From an uncultured cyanobacterium (GTDB taxonomy: Bacteria; Cyanobacteriota; Cyanobacteriia; Cyanobacteriales; Microcystaceae): a stretch of DNA of 64,000 bases. Positions 1 to 8,482 of the stretch are shown in pieces. The position numbers and the translations under genes are program-made. Each line of letters starts with the position of its first letter. Position 1 is the stretch's first letter. The notes beneath the pieces were generated by a model. The model saw nothing but the letters and a program-made list of their open reading frames with translations, did no database searches and had not been told where the DNA came from. Location: contig CAWEDJ010000040.1 in assembly GCA_963807635.1 (NCBI GenBank), positions 32,001-96,000 on the forward strand, written 5' to 3'.

Positions 1-1327
1 TTTTCACGAGGTTTAGACTGGGGAAACTCTTGAACCAGAAAAATCAGGATCAAAACCCCCGCAAACCAAGGAAGACTTTTAAGAACAGGAGAAGCATATC
101 GATTAAAGTTCATGAAAACTTGATAGCTCATATTTCTCTTAAATGAATAAGGATAGGGCATCATGGAGGGCGATTGCAGAGGATACTTTTTCAGATGGGG
201 ATATCTACGATTGGTCAGGTTTCTTCTGGGATAGGGAGAAACACCCGCCGAAGAGGCAGATTGACGAAACATATCCTTTCTAATCGGATTCGCCGCAACT
301 TTAACTGGCGTTTTATCTCCAAAAATATCAAAATTTAATTCTTCTTGACGTTTACACCAATAACAAGAAGGATTACCCACATAATGAAAATGTCGGCTTT
401 CTTGATCGCATTGTTTAAGCTCCTGAAGCGCAACTTGTAAGGATTGTTGCCACTCTTCCGCAGTCGGTCTTTGTCGAGTATTCTGATAACCTTCGGTAAA
501 GCACCTGATAAAACAGTCTTTGAGACTAGGATGTAGGACACTCAAAGAAATGGTTAAGGGTGAGGGTCGAATAAATCCTTTAGTATCAAAGGCCCAGGAA
601 CCCTTACGAATTAATTCCGTTAATTCTGGTGAGTCCCCTAGCCCGATCCATTTCCCCTGAAAAGGATGGGAACCAAATAAAAGATAATAAATGACGACTC
701 CTAAGCGAAAACGGTCATGAACTTCTGTTTGATTAATCTTGGAAAAATCTTGATTCAGTAATTCAGGGGGAGTGAACCCCTCTGAGCCGACTAGACATCG
801 ATAAATATGACCATTTTTAGGATTTGTTACTTGAAAGGAATCCGTATCAATAATCGATGGAACCGCTTGACTGTTAACTAAAATATTCTGGGGTTTAATA
901 TCTCCTAAAACATATCCTGCTTCATGGATGGAATGAATAATAGAAGCAATATTATGGGAAACCACATGGAGAAAATGCCAATCTATTTTAAGTCCAACCT
1001 TATTGCGTCTTCGAGGATTATAAACATCAATTAACTCCCTCCCTTCCTCTATTTTGGGCATCAAAAAACCCCTAATAACCCCATCTTTACTGATTAAGAG
1101 AGATTGGGGCAGGCAAAGGAAATATGATTTTTTCCTTGATTGGGGTCTTCGGGGGGATGTTGAAACATCACTTTTAATTTTTCTTGTCGTTGTGGCGTGG
1201 AAGCGTGATAAATTTTAGCTAAAATTTGAGAATCTTCTGTTGTCCAGATATGTCCTTCCCCGCTAGAAGCAATTTGTTGATGTAGAACAATTTTTTTGTC
1301 TGTTTTACTACAATACAAAAGAGTCAT
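1..1327 (-). CDS. YegI-like Ser/Thr protein kinase (frameshift near 1110; runs off window start)
   Basis: ORF 1094-1327 has SSGEG and AKIY. Restoring one G at ~1110 (FAWPQ) continues into GFLMP...GYVLGDIKPQNILV...IIDTDSFQV, which are YegI-type kinase motifs. Confidence 0.8.
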
Positions 1328-1587
1328 AGTTTATTAATTGTATAAGGATTTTATTATTTAAAAATGAATCCGAAAAATCATTAAATTCTGTTTTTTAAGA
1401 GATTTATAAATAGTCTTTTTGATTATTTTTTAACTAGTTGATGAATGGCAAGATTGAGATAAATATCTAGTTTATAAAAAAATGCGATCGCAAGATTCCT
1501 GTAGTATATCGAATTTTTTTTAGTAGAACACAGGAAAACTGATAAAACGTAGAGATGATCTAAGTTTTTGGCTCAAACCCAGGGCGA

Positions 1588-4053
1588 TTAGAAGGGCATA
1601 TCCTCATCATCAATTAGGGGGGGACGACCTTGAATCAGGGGTTTAGGCGGTTCAGAGATAGGCATGGTCGAGGGAGATACCATCATTTTCGTTTCAGGCT
1701 TAATCTTATCATTTTCGGCATTAAAGGACTGATCCAGGGAAATAATTTCCCCTTCAAAGGCTTTGGCGAGGCTTTCGGCTGCTTTTTTGAGGTCATTATT
1801 TGAGTAGGCTTCGGCGGAAACGGTCGGGCTTTCGACAATGGCAACAGCAGGAGTGGTCTTGGTTGTAACACCGTTTTTGGGGCTAGAAATGGGGCTAGAA
1901 AAAGTTTGAACTGTTTTCTGAGAAGCGGTAGAAGTTAAGCCAGGTTTAGGAGAAATCGTTGAATGATTACCGTTAGTAGGGGTTGGATTAATCGGAGGAG
2001 AAATGGGTTGGGAAACGGTCGGGCGTGGGGGGATGTTTTCGATTTGGGGCGATCGCGGAGGAGCCTGATTAACTGGGACATTTTGACTGACATTTTGAGA
2101 CGTGGTTTGACTCGTCCCATTGCTTCCTGCATTGACGATTAACTTAACCCGAATGGTTTTCCCACACACTTGAGCAAAGGCCGTTTCTAATTCGGGGATT
2201 TTTCCGTGGGCAATTCTCAACAACGGTTCGGTTTTAATGCCGACCTGAGCCGAATTTTCCTCTAAACTCACCAAATGCCCATGCGATCGCACTAAGGATT
2301 GGGTCAAGTTACTGAGTTGAGCTAACATGGCTTGCCAAATATCGACAAGAGAAGCCGAGGGATCGAGGGAAACTGACTGAATGGGTTCTGGAGTGGGCGT
2401 TTCTGGACTCGGTGAGCTTTCATTCGGCTGGGGCTGAGAAATCGAGGGAGGGACGGGTTGAACAGAATGGGATACGACTTGACTAACAGGCGTAACAACA
2501 GGTGCGATCGTTTGACGGGGTTGAGCTTGGACAGATTGGACGGGAGACGATTGAACAACGGTTTGAACGGTACGACAGGCAGACGGCAAAAGGTTGAGTA
2601 AAGTAACTTCTAACCAAAGACGGGGTTGGGTGGTATTGCGTAATTGGGATTCGCTTTCCTTGAGTTGTTGTTGTCCCTGTAAAATAGTGCCTAATTCCCA
2701 GCTTGGAGCGATCGCCGTCAATTTTTGCCAGGTGGGAGCCGTCACTGCAACTAAATCAGAACGATTCGGGGCAGTTCTCGCAATCAATAAATTGAGATAA
2801 AATCCTGCTAAATTTTGTAAAACCACCAGGGGTTCCCGTCCCCGATTCATCAAGTGCCGACAGCAATCTAAAACGGTTTCTGCATTATCCGACGCGATCG
2901 CGTTGAGAAGTGACAATAAATCCTGTTCTGGAACTGCTCCTACCAAATCCCAAACCTTTTCAGGATCAACCGTTCCCGCTAACAAACTTAATTGGTCTAA
3001 TAAACTTTCTGCATCCCGTAATCCCCCATTAGAAATTTGAGCAACTAGGGTAACAGCTTCATCATTAATATTAATACTTTCATTATCAGCAATCACCCGC
3101 AGATGGGACACCATTGAATGCAACGGAATCCGACGATAATCAAAGCGTTGACAGCGAGAAATAATGGTCGGTAAAACTCGTTGAGGATCGGTTGTCGCTA
3201 ACACAAAAATAACGCGATCAGGTGGTTCTTCTAGCGTTTTTAAAAGTGCATTAAATGCTGCCGTACTTAACATATGGCAGTTATGAACTAATAACCCATT
3301 AGCGACAAAATTATGATTATCTTCAACTTCAATATCATAAACATTTTCAACTCCAGCGAGGGTTACAGATTCTAACACATCCGCATTCGCAGGGGATAAA
3401 ATCTGCATTCCTGGTTTTAGGTGCTTGGCTTTGATCCATCCTTGTTTTGTCCTAATTAAATGATTGTCTGTACATTGAATTTCAGTTTGATTAGTTTTAA
3501 TGGTTAAAGTTTGCTTTTGACCCTGATCTAACCAACGGACAACTGCTTTATATTCCCAAATATTCTTGTTTTCGTTATAACTAAGAACTTCTTGACCTTT
3601 TAAACTAGGATCATCAATCCTGACCAGTCCTTTACGGGTAAGCACTAAGCTATCCCCTGTTAAACATTCATCGATCACATAAACTTTGTAACGGCATTGA
3701 ACAGGCGAAAATTGCGATCGCTCAATAATTTCTCGAATATTATCGACCCCTGTATTACTAGCCGCATCAATTTCGATCACGTCTAGGGCATTTCCCTTCG
3801 TGATCGCCTGACAAATTTCACATTTTCCGCAAGGAGTCGGAGTGGGTTTATCTCCCGCAATGCAATTGAGCGATTTTGCTAAAATTCGGGCAGAAGAGGT
3901 TTTTCCCGTTCCCCTTGGCCCTGTAAATAGGTAGGCAGGCGCAATGCGCTCACTCAGTAAGGCATTGGTTAAGGTGGTTGCGATCGCCTCTTGTCCGACT
4001 AAATCTGCAAAGGTTTGGGGACGATATTTATGATGGAGTGGTTCGTAAGGCAT
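1588..4053 (-). CDS. dnaX: DNA polymerase III subunit gamma/tau with intein
   Basis: HKYRPQTF, GPRGTGKTS Walker A, Zn-binding Cys cluster, IDAASN, VIDE|CHMLS, LEEPP, SRC motif. Confidence 0.97.
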   Translation of the reverse strand: MPYEPLHHKYRPQTFADLVGQEAIATTLTNALLSERIAPAYLFTGPRGTGKTSSARILAKSLNCIAGDKPTPTPCGKCEICQAITKGNALDVIEIDAASNTGVDNIREIIERSQFSPVQCRYKVYVIDECLTGDSLVLTRKGLVRIDDPSLKGQEVLSYNENKNIWEYKAVVRWLDQGQKQTLTIKTNQTEIQCTDNHLIRTKQGWIKAKHLKPGMQILSPANADVLESVTLAGVENVYDIEVEDNHNFVANGLLVHNCHMLSTAAFNALLKTLEEPPDRVIFVLATTDPQRVLPTIISRCQRFDYRRIPLHSMVSHLRVIADNESININDEAVTLVAQISNGGLRDAESLLDQLSLLAGTVDPEKVWDLVGAVPEQDLLSLLNAIASDNAETVLDCCRHLMNRGREPLVVLQNLAGFYLNLLIARTAPNRSDLVAVTAPTWQKLTAIAPSWELGTILQGQQQLKESESQLRNTTQPRLWLEVTLLNLLPSACRTVQTVVQSSPVQSVQAQPRQTIAPVVTPVSQVVSHSVQPVPPSISQPQPNESSPSPETPTPEPIQSVSLDPSASLVDIWQAMLAQLSNLTQSLVRSHGHLVSLEENSAQVGIKTEPLLRIAHGKIPELETAFAQVCGKTIRVKLIVNAGSNGTSQTTSQNVSQNVPVNQAPPRSPQIENIPPRPTVSQPISPPINPTPTNGNHSTISPKPGLTSTASQKTVQTFSSPISSPKNGVTTKTTPAVAIVESPTVSAEAYSNNDLKKAAESLAKAFEGEIISLDQSFNAENDKIKPETKMMVSPSTMPISEPPKPLIQGRPPLIDDEDMPF
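3280..3666 (-). mobile_element. DnaX mini-intein (129 aa, no homing endonuclease)
   Basis: Insertion in the Walker B region: starts CLTGDS, block B TDNH, ends VYDIEVEDNHNFVANGLLVHN followed by Cys(+1). Confidence 0.95.
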
Positions 4054-4188
4054 AGTAAAAGAACGTTAAATCCATCAATTTCAAAATTATCGAGAATTTA
4101 TAATATTTTTTAAGATAAATCGGACTAATTTGGAGTAATAAAGAGAAAAATATCATTAAAGCTTAGTCGCCTTCCTATTTTATCGCAT

Positions 4189-4317
4189 CCGAATCAAGGA
4201 AGGAGAATTAAATTCAACGGAGCGATCTGGCAAGACATTCTCTATCAGGGGGAACAGTCTGCTATAAAATTCGGCGACACGGTTGAGTGGATAATGCAGT
4301 CACTTCTTATTCCTTAA
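4189..4317 (+). pseudogene. Degenerate NfeD-like C-terminal (OB-fold) fragment
   Basis: Start-less frame PNQGRRIKFNGAIWQ...IKFGDTVEW...LLIP* resembles the NfeD pattern GRV.F.G..W...G..V...LLV.P. Confidence 0.35.
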
Positions 4318-4343
4318 ACTATGTTATGAAAAGAAGCGATCGC
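4307..4343 (+). repeat. 37-bp direct repeat copy 1 (ends in HIP1)
   Basis: TTATTCCTTAAACTATGTTATGAAAAGAAGCGATCGC; 3 mismatches to the copy at 4586-4622. Confidence 0.9.
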
Positions 4344-4365
4344 GCTATACTTCCCATAGGTTAAA

Positions 4366-4596
4366 ATGGAGATAATGATGAAAATTGATTATGATCAAGA
4401 TGTGGATATTCTTAGAATATTACTGACTGATGCTGTTATTGAAGAAAGTGACGAAGTAGAAACGGGTGTCATTTTTGATTATGATAATCAGGGGAATATT
4501 GTTGGAATTGAAATTTTGGATGCTTCTAAACGCAATACTCAAACTCGTCAATTAGAATACTCAATTTTGAATTCTAATTGGAGTTTTATTCTTTAA
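4366..4596 (+). CDS. DUF2283 family protein (orphan antitoxin-like)
   Basis: MKIDYDQDVDILRI...ESDE...GVIFDYD..GNIVGIEILDASK is the typical DUF2283 signature. Confidence 0.85.
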   Translation: MEIMMKIDYDQDVDILRILLTDAVIEESDEVETGVIFDYDNQGNIVGIEILDASKRNTQTRQLEYSILNSNWSFIL

Positions 4597-4622
4597 ACTA
4601 CGTTATGAGAAGAAGCGATCGC
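4586..4622 (+). repeat. 37-bp direct repeat copy 2 (ends in HIP1)
   Basis: TTATTCTTTAAACTACGTTATGAGAAGAAGCGATCGC. Confidence 0.9.
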
Positions 4623-4666
4623 TTTGCTATCAGATATTAATATTTGTTGACTTGAGGAAATCAATT

Positions 4667-6004
4667 ATGCGTATTGAACAATTAGAGATTAAAAATTTTC
4701 GCTGTTTAGAAAACATCACGATAAAATTTCCTTCTAATAATTTAGCCGTGATTGTAGGTGTAAATGGAGCGGGGAAATCATCATTGCTTGATGTGATAGC
4801 CAAATCATTGAACTCTATTGTCATGAAAATAAAAGAAATAGATAAAAGTCTAAATAAAATCCAAAAATCTAGAATGACAGGACTATCATTAAATATAGAT
4901 TCTGATGATATTCAAACTCCTTACTACTCTTGTCTTATTAATTCAAGATTTAAAATACAAACAGGATTTTTTGAAGTTAGCTTAATCAAAGATTTTAATT
5001 CTGGAAAAAAGAAAATAGATCGGATATCATTGGATAATTTTATTTTTAATCTCTTCGATAAAACCGAGGTTACGCCATGGACTAGTTATCCCTGTTTTGC
5101 TTACTATAAGGCTTATCAAAAAAGTGAATTAGCAACAAAATTAGCGAATAAAAAAATCCCAAGAATAACCCAAATGCTTTCTTATTATTCTTGTTTTAGT
5201 ATTGATATTAATGATTTTTCTGATTTTAAAACATGGTACGAATTCGAGGAAAATATTGAAAATGAAAAGCGAGTAAGAGAAAATAATTCCTACAGAAATC
5301 CTAATATAATTCTTGTCAAAAAAAGCATTGAAAGATTTTTTGAATATTTATTTTTCTCTAACTTTTCAAATCTAAGAGTTGAACGAATAGAGATTCGACC
5401 AGATACTTACTTTACTAAATCAAGTCAAGATTCAATCAAATCTGAAATTTTTATTGATAAAAAAAATCAATCTTTCAAACTTGAAAAGTTATCAGATGGA
5501 GAGAAAAGGTTATTAATGTTAGTGACTGATCTTGCTCGACGCTTGGCGATCGCCAATCCAGGACTAGGAGAAAATGCCTTAGAAGGAGAAGGTATTATCT
5601 TAATTGATGAAATTGACTTACATCTCCACCCTCAGTGGCAACGACGAGTATTGCCTGCCCTTACAAAAACTTTTCCTAATTGCCAATTTATTGTCACGAC
5701 TCACTCTCCTCAAGTATTAAGCGAAGTCCCTGGAGAAAGTGTTTTCATTTTAGAGAATGGAAAATTATTAGAATATTCTCCCCATACTCTTGGCCGCGAT
5801 AGCAACTCAATTCTTTATGAAATATTTAATGTTAAAGAAAGACCTGAATGGTCTCAACAAGAAATTGACCATTGTTTAGATTTAATAGATAATGAAAAAT
5901 GGGATGAAGCAAGAGAAAATCTCAAAGATTTATCTAATCGTTTGGGAGAAAATGATACAGCCGTTGTCCAAGCGCAAAGCGTACTTCATTTTATGGAGGA
6001 TTAA
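4667..6004 (+). CDS. ABC/AAA ATPase, Septu PtuA-like
   Basis: IKNFRC, GVNGAGKSS Walker A, LSDGEK signature, LIDEIDLHLHPQWQ Walker B, TTHSPQ. ATG at 4667 follows GAGGA. Confidence 0.85.
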   Translation: MRIEQLEIKNFRCLENITIKFPSNNLAVIVGVNGAGKSSLLDVIAKSLNSIVMKIKEIDKSLNKIQKSRMTGLSLNIDSDDIQTPYYSCLINSRFKIQTGFFEVSLIKDFNSGKKKIDRISLDNFIFNLFDKTEVTPWTSYPCFAYYKAYQKSELATKLANKKIPRITQMLSYYSCFSIDINDFSDFKTWYEFEENIENEKRVRENNSYRNPNIILVKKSIERFFEYLFFSNFSNLRVERIEIRPDTYFTKSSQDSIKSEIFIDKKNQSFKLEKLSDGEKRLLMLVTDLARRLAIANPGLGENALEGEGIILIDEIDLHLHPQWQRRVLPALTKTFPNCQFIVTTHSPQVLSEVPGESVFILENGKLLEYSPHTLGRDSNSILYEIFNVKERPEWSQQEIDHCLDLIDNEKWDEARENLKDLSNRLGENDTAVVQAQSVLHFMED

Positions 6005-6007
6005 TAA

Positions 6008-6706
6008 ATGAAAAGAATTATTAAAAAACCTGACCCTTTAGTTATTCAGGAACTTCTTAGCTTTATTCAATTGGAAAAGCAAGCTAGTATCATTCCCATC
6101 TATGAAAATTTTCGCAAGAGGAATGAATTACGACAATCATTATTAAAAGAGCAGGGATATATCTGCTGTTTTTGTATGAAAAGCATAGAAGATAATAACG
6201 AAACAACTAAAATTGCCCATATTTTCCCTCAGAATCCACTCTCAGATGAAGATAAAGAAAAAGTAAAACAAGAAAACTTAGATTTAGATTACAATAATAT
6301 GCTTGCTGCTTGCGATGGAGGTAAAGGTCAATCGCCTCATTTACAACACTGTGATACTAAACAAGGAAACACAATTTTAAAGATTAATCCAGCCGATGCC
6401 ATTAGGGATTGTGAAAAATTAATTGATTACAAGCCTAGTGGCACAATTTATTCAAAGAATCCTGATGTTGAGTATGATCTAAACCAAACTTTAAATCTAA
6501 ATGAAGAGAATTTGAAAAATAGAAGAAAAGACGCTTACGATGCCGTTCTTAAGAGACTAGAAAGAAAATATCCTAAAAAGTCTTTCTCTAAAAAAAGTAT
6601 AGAAAAGGAAATTGAAAATTATTCGCAACTTAAAAATGGTAGATATGCACCCTATTGCCAATATGTTATCTACTTTTTACGAAAGAAACTTGCAAAACTT
6701 CCGTGA
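6008..6706 (+). CDS. HNH endonuclease, PtuB/TIGR02646-like
   Basis: EQGYICCFCM, IAHIFPQ, LDYNNMLAAC, HCDTKQG, LNLN...R; starts 3 bp after the ATPase stop. Confidence 0.85.
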   Translation: MKRIIKKPDPLVIQELLSFIQLEKQASIIPIYENFRKRNELRQSLLKEQGYICCFCMKSIEDNNETTKIAHIFPQNPLSDEDKEKVKQENLDLDYNNMLAACDGGKGQSPHLQHCDTKQGNTILKINPADAIRDCEKLIDYKPSGTIYSKNPDVEYDLNQTLNLNEENLKNRRKDAYDAVLKRLERKYPKKSFSKKSIEKEIENYSQLKNGRYAPYCQYVIYFLRKKLAKLP

Positions 6707-6725
6707 ACAGTGCGATCGCACCAAG

Positions 6726-7889
6726 TCACTCTACAATGAAAATCTGACTAGCCGCTTGAGTCGCTTTTTTACGAGCCAAATCAGTCGTTTCAGCCTTAGC
6801 CAGGGCAACCCCCATCCGACGATAGGGACGGGAATTGGGCTTACCAAAAAGACGGATATCCACATCAGCAACACTCAACGCTTCAGCAACACCCGTAAAA
6901 CTAATGGAATCAGAATTTTGACTTGCTAAAATGACCGCACTGGCCGCAGGAGCAAACTGGGTGATTTGGGGAATAGGTAGTCCTAAAACTGCTCGTAAAT
7001 GCAATTCAAATTCATTCAAATTTTGCGAAATCAATGTCACCATTCCTGTATCGTGGGGACGGGGTGAAAGTTCCGAAAAAATGACTTCATCAGCAGTAAT
7101 AAAAAATTCGACTCCAAAAATTCCCGCACCACCCAGGGCATCGGTGACGGTTTTAGCAATTTCTTGAGCCGCTAAAATTTGCTCTGGTTTAATTTGGGCG
7201 GGTTGCCAGGATTCTTGATAATCGCCCCGTTCTTGACGATGCCCGATGGGAGGACAAAAAATCGTGGGCGCATTCCACTGTTTGACGGTAAGAAGAGTAA
7301 TTTCAATTTCAAAATCAATAAATTCTTCGATAATGACTTTTTGGCTATCTCCCCTGGAGCCTGCGATCGCGTAGTTCCAAGCGGTTTCTACTTCCGAGGC
7401 ATTATTTACCACCGATTGACCTTTGCCCGAAGAGGACATGACGGGTTTAACCACATTGGGAAAGCCGATGTTTTCAGAGACGGCCTGCATTTCAGTCAAA
7501 TTAGTCGCATATTCATATTTCGCCGTCCTTACGCCCAATTCCTGATCGGCCAATTCCCGAATGCGATCGCGATTCATGGTGTAATGGGTGGCTTTGGCGG
7601 TGGGAATCACGGTAATGCCGCGTTGTTCAAATTCTGCCAATTTTTCGGTTCTAATGGCTTCGATTTCGGGAATGATGAAATCAGGCTGATGTTTGCTGAC
7701 GACTCGCTCCAAATCTTCGGCACTGAGCATGGAAATCACTTCCCTCGCATCAGCAACTTGCATGGCAGGTGCATTGTCGTAGCGATCCACTGCGATAACG
7801 TAATTGCCTAACCGTTGGGCCGCGATCGCGAACTCTTTTCCTAATTCACCCGCCCCTAAGAGCATTAATTTTTTGGGTAGCTTAATCAT
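6726..7889 (-). CDS. purT: Formate-dependent phosphoribosylglycinamide formyltransferase
   Basis: LLGAGELGKE, VKPVMSSSGKGQS, SPRPHDTG, RRMGVALA. Confidence 0.97.
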   Translation of the reverse strand: MIKLPKKLMLLGAGELGKEFAIAAQRLGNYVIAVDRYDNAPAMQVADAREVISMLSAEDLERVVSKHQPDFIIPEIEAIRTEKLAEFEQRGITVIPTAKATHYTMNRDRIRELADQELGVRTAKYEYATNLTEMQAVSENIGFPNVVKPVMSSSGKGQSVVNNASEVETAWNYAIAGSRGDSQKVIIEEFIDFEIEITLLTVKQWNAPTIFCPPIGHRQERGDYQESWQPAQIKPEQILAAQEIAKTVTDALGGAGIFGVEFFITADEVIFSELSPRPHDTGMVTLISQNLNEFELHLRAVLGLPIPQITQFAPAASAVILASQNSDSISFTGVAEALSVADVDIRLFGKPNSRPYRRMGVALAKAETTDLARKKATQAASQIFIVE

Positions 7890-7911
7890 TGATTTTTAGA
7901 ATAGGAAAAAT

Positions 7912-8412
7912 TTAAAAGGGAATTTCATCGAGATCACTATCGCTAATGCTTGGCGCAGGCGTAGAGGGATATGACCATTCATCCTGGGGTTCGGGGGGGG
8001 CTGGTTTCGTGCTGGATTTATAATTCTCCAAATTAACGACATTTTTCGGTTCGGGAGTCGTCATTGGGATAACTTTTGCGGTAGGGACAGTTCCACTCAC
8101 ACTGGCTGAACCTTCTAAACGATGAATGCGTCCTGCGACTAATTCAGCACGTTTTTCCTTAAAGCCTTCGGGCCGATCAATCGTATCCATTTTTAAACGA
8201 CCTTCAATCACAATGCGATCGCCGATGGTATAGGATTGTTGAATTTCTGTTGCTAGATTTCCCCAACCAATCACTTTCAAAGTTGATGGAGGATCTTCAG
8301 GTTTACCGCCCTGGAACTCGACTAACATTTGGGCGATCGCCGTTTGATTTTCCTGGGTATAGCGCAACTCAGGGTTGCCGATGACCGTAGCCATTAAAAT
8401 ACAACTATTCAT
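7912..8412 (-). CDS. ssb: Single-stranded DNA-binding protein (cyanobacterial SSB/Ycf41 type)
   Basis: MNSCILMA...PELRYT...GWGNLA...IEGRL; acidic C-terminal tail DLDEIPF. Confidence 0.85.
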   Translation of the reverse strand: MNSCILMATVIGNPELRYTQENQTAIAQMLVEFQGGKPEDPPSTLKVIGWGNLATEIQQSYTIGDRIVIEGRLKMDTIDRPEGFKEKRAELVAGRIHRLEGSASVSGTVPTAKVIPMTTPEPKNVVNLENYKSSTKPAPPEPQDEWSYPSTPAPSISDSDLDEIPF

Positions 8413-8482
8413 AATCAGTAGAAACTCCTCATATTTAAGAAATGAATCTGTAGAACTATTTAAACAAAAAACAAGCCATCTT

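Noticed and set aside
1588..2600. Overlapping alternative ORFs or programmed frameshift in dnaX
   Set aside because: These are shadow frames over a Pro/Ser/Gln-rich linker; no convincing slippery site with hairpin.
4054..4666. Retron ncRNA/RT upstream of the PtuAB-like pair
   Set aside because: No reverse transcriptase ORF in the window and no a1/a2 inverted repeats seen.
7179..7811. 210-aa ORF antisense to purT, and similar antisense ORFs elsewhere
   Set aside because: Shadow ORFs opposite well-conserved genes.
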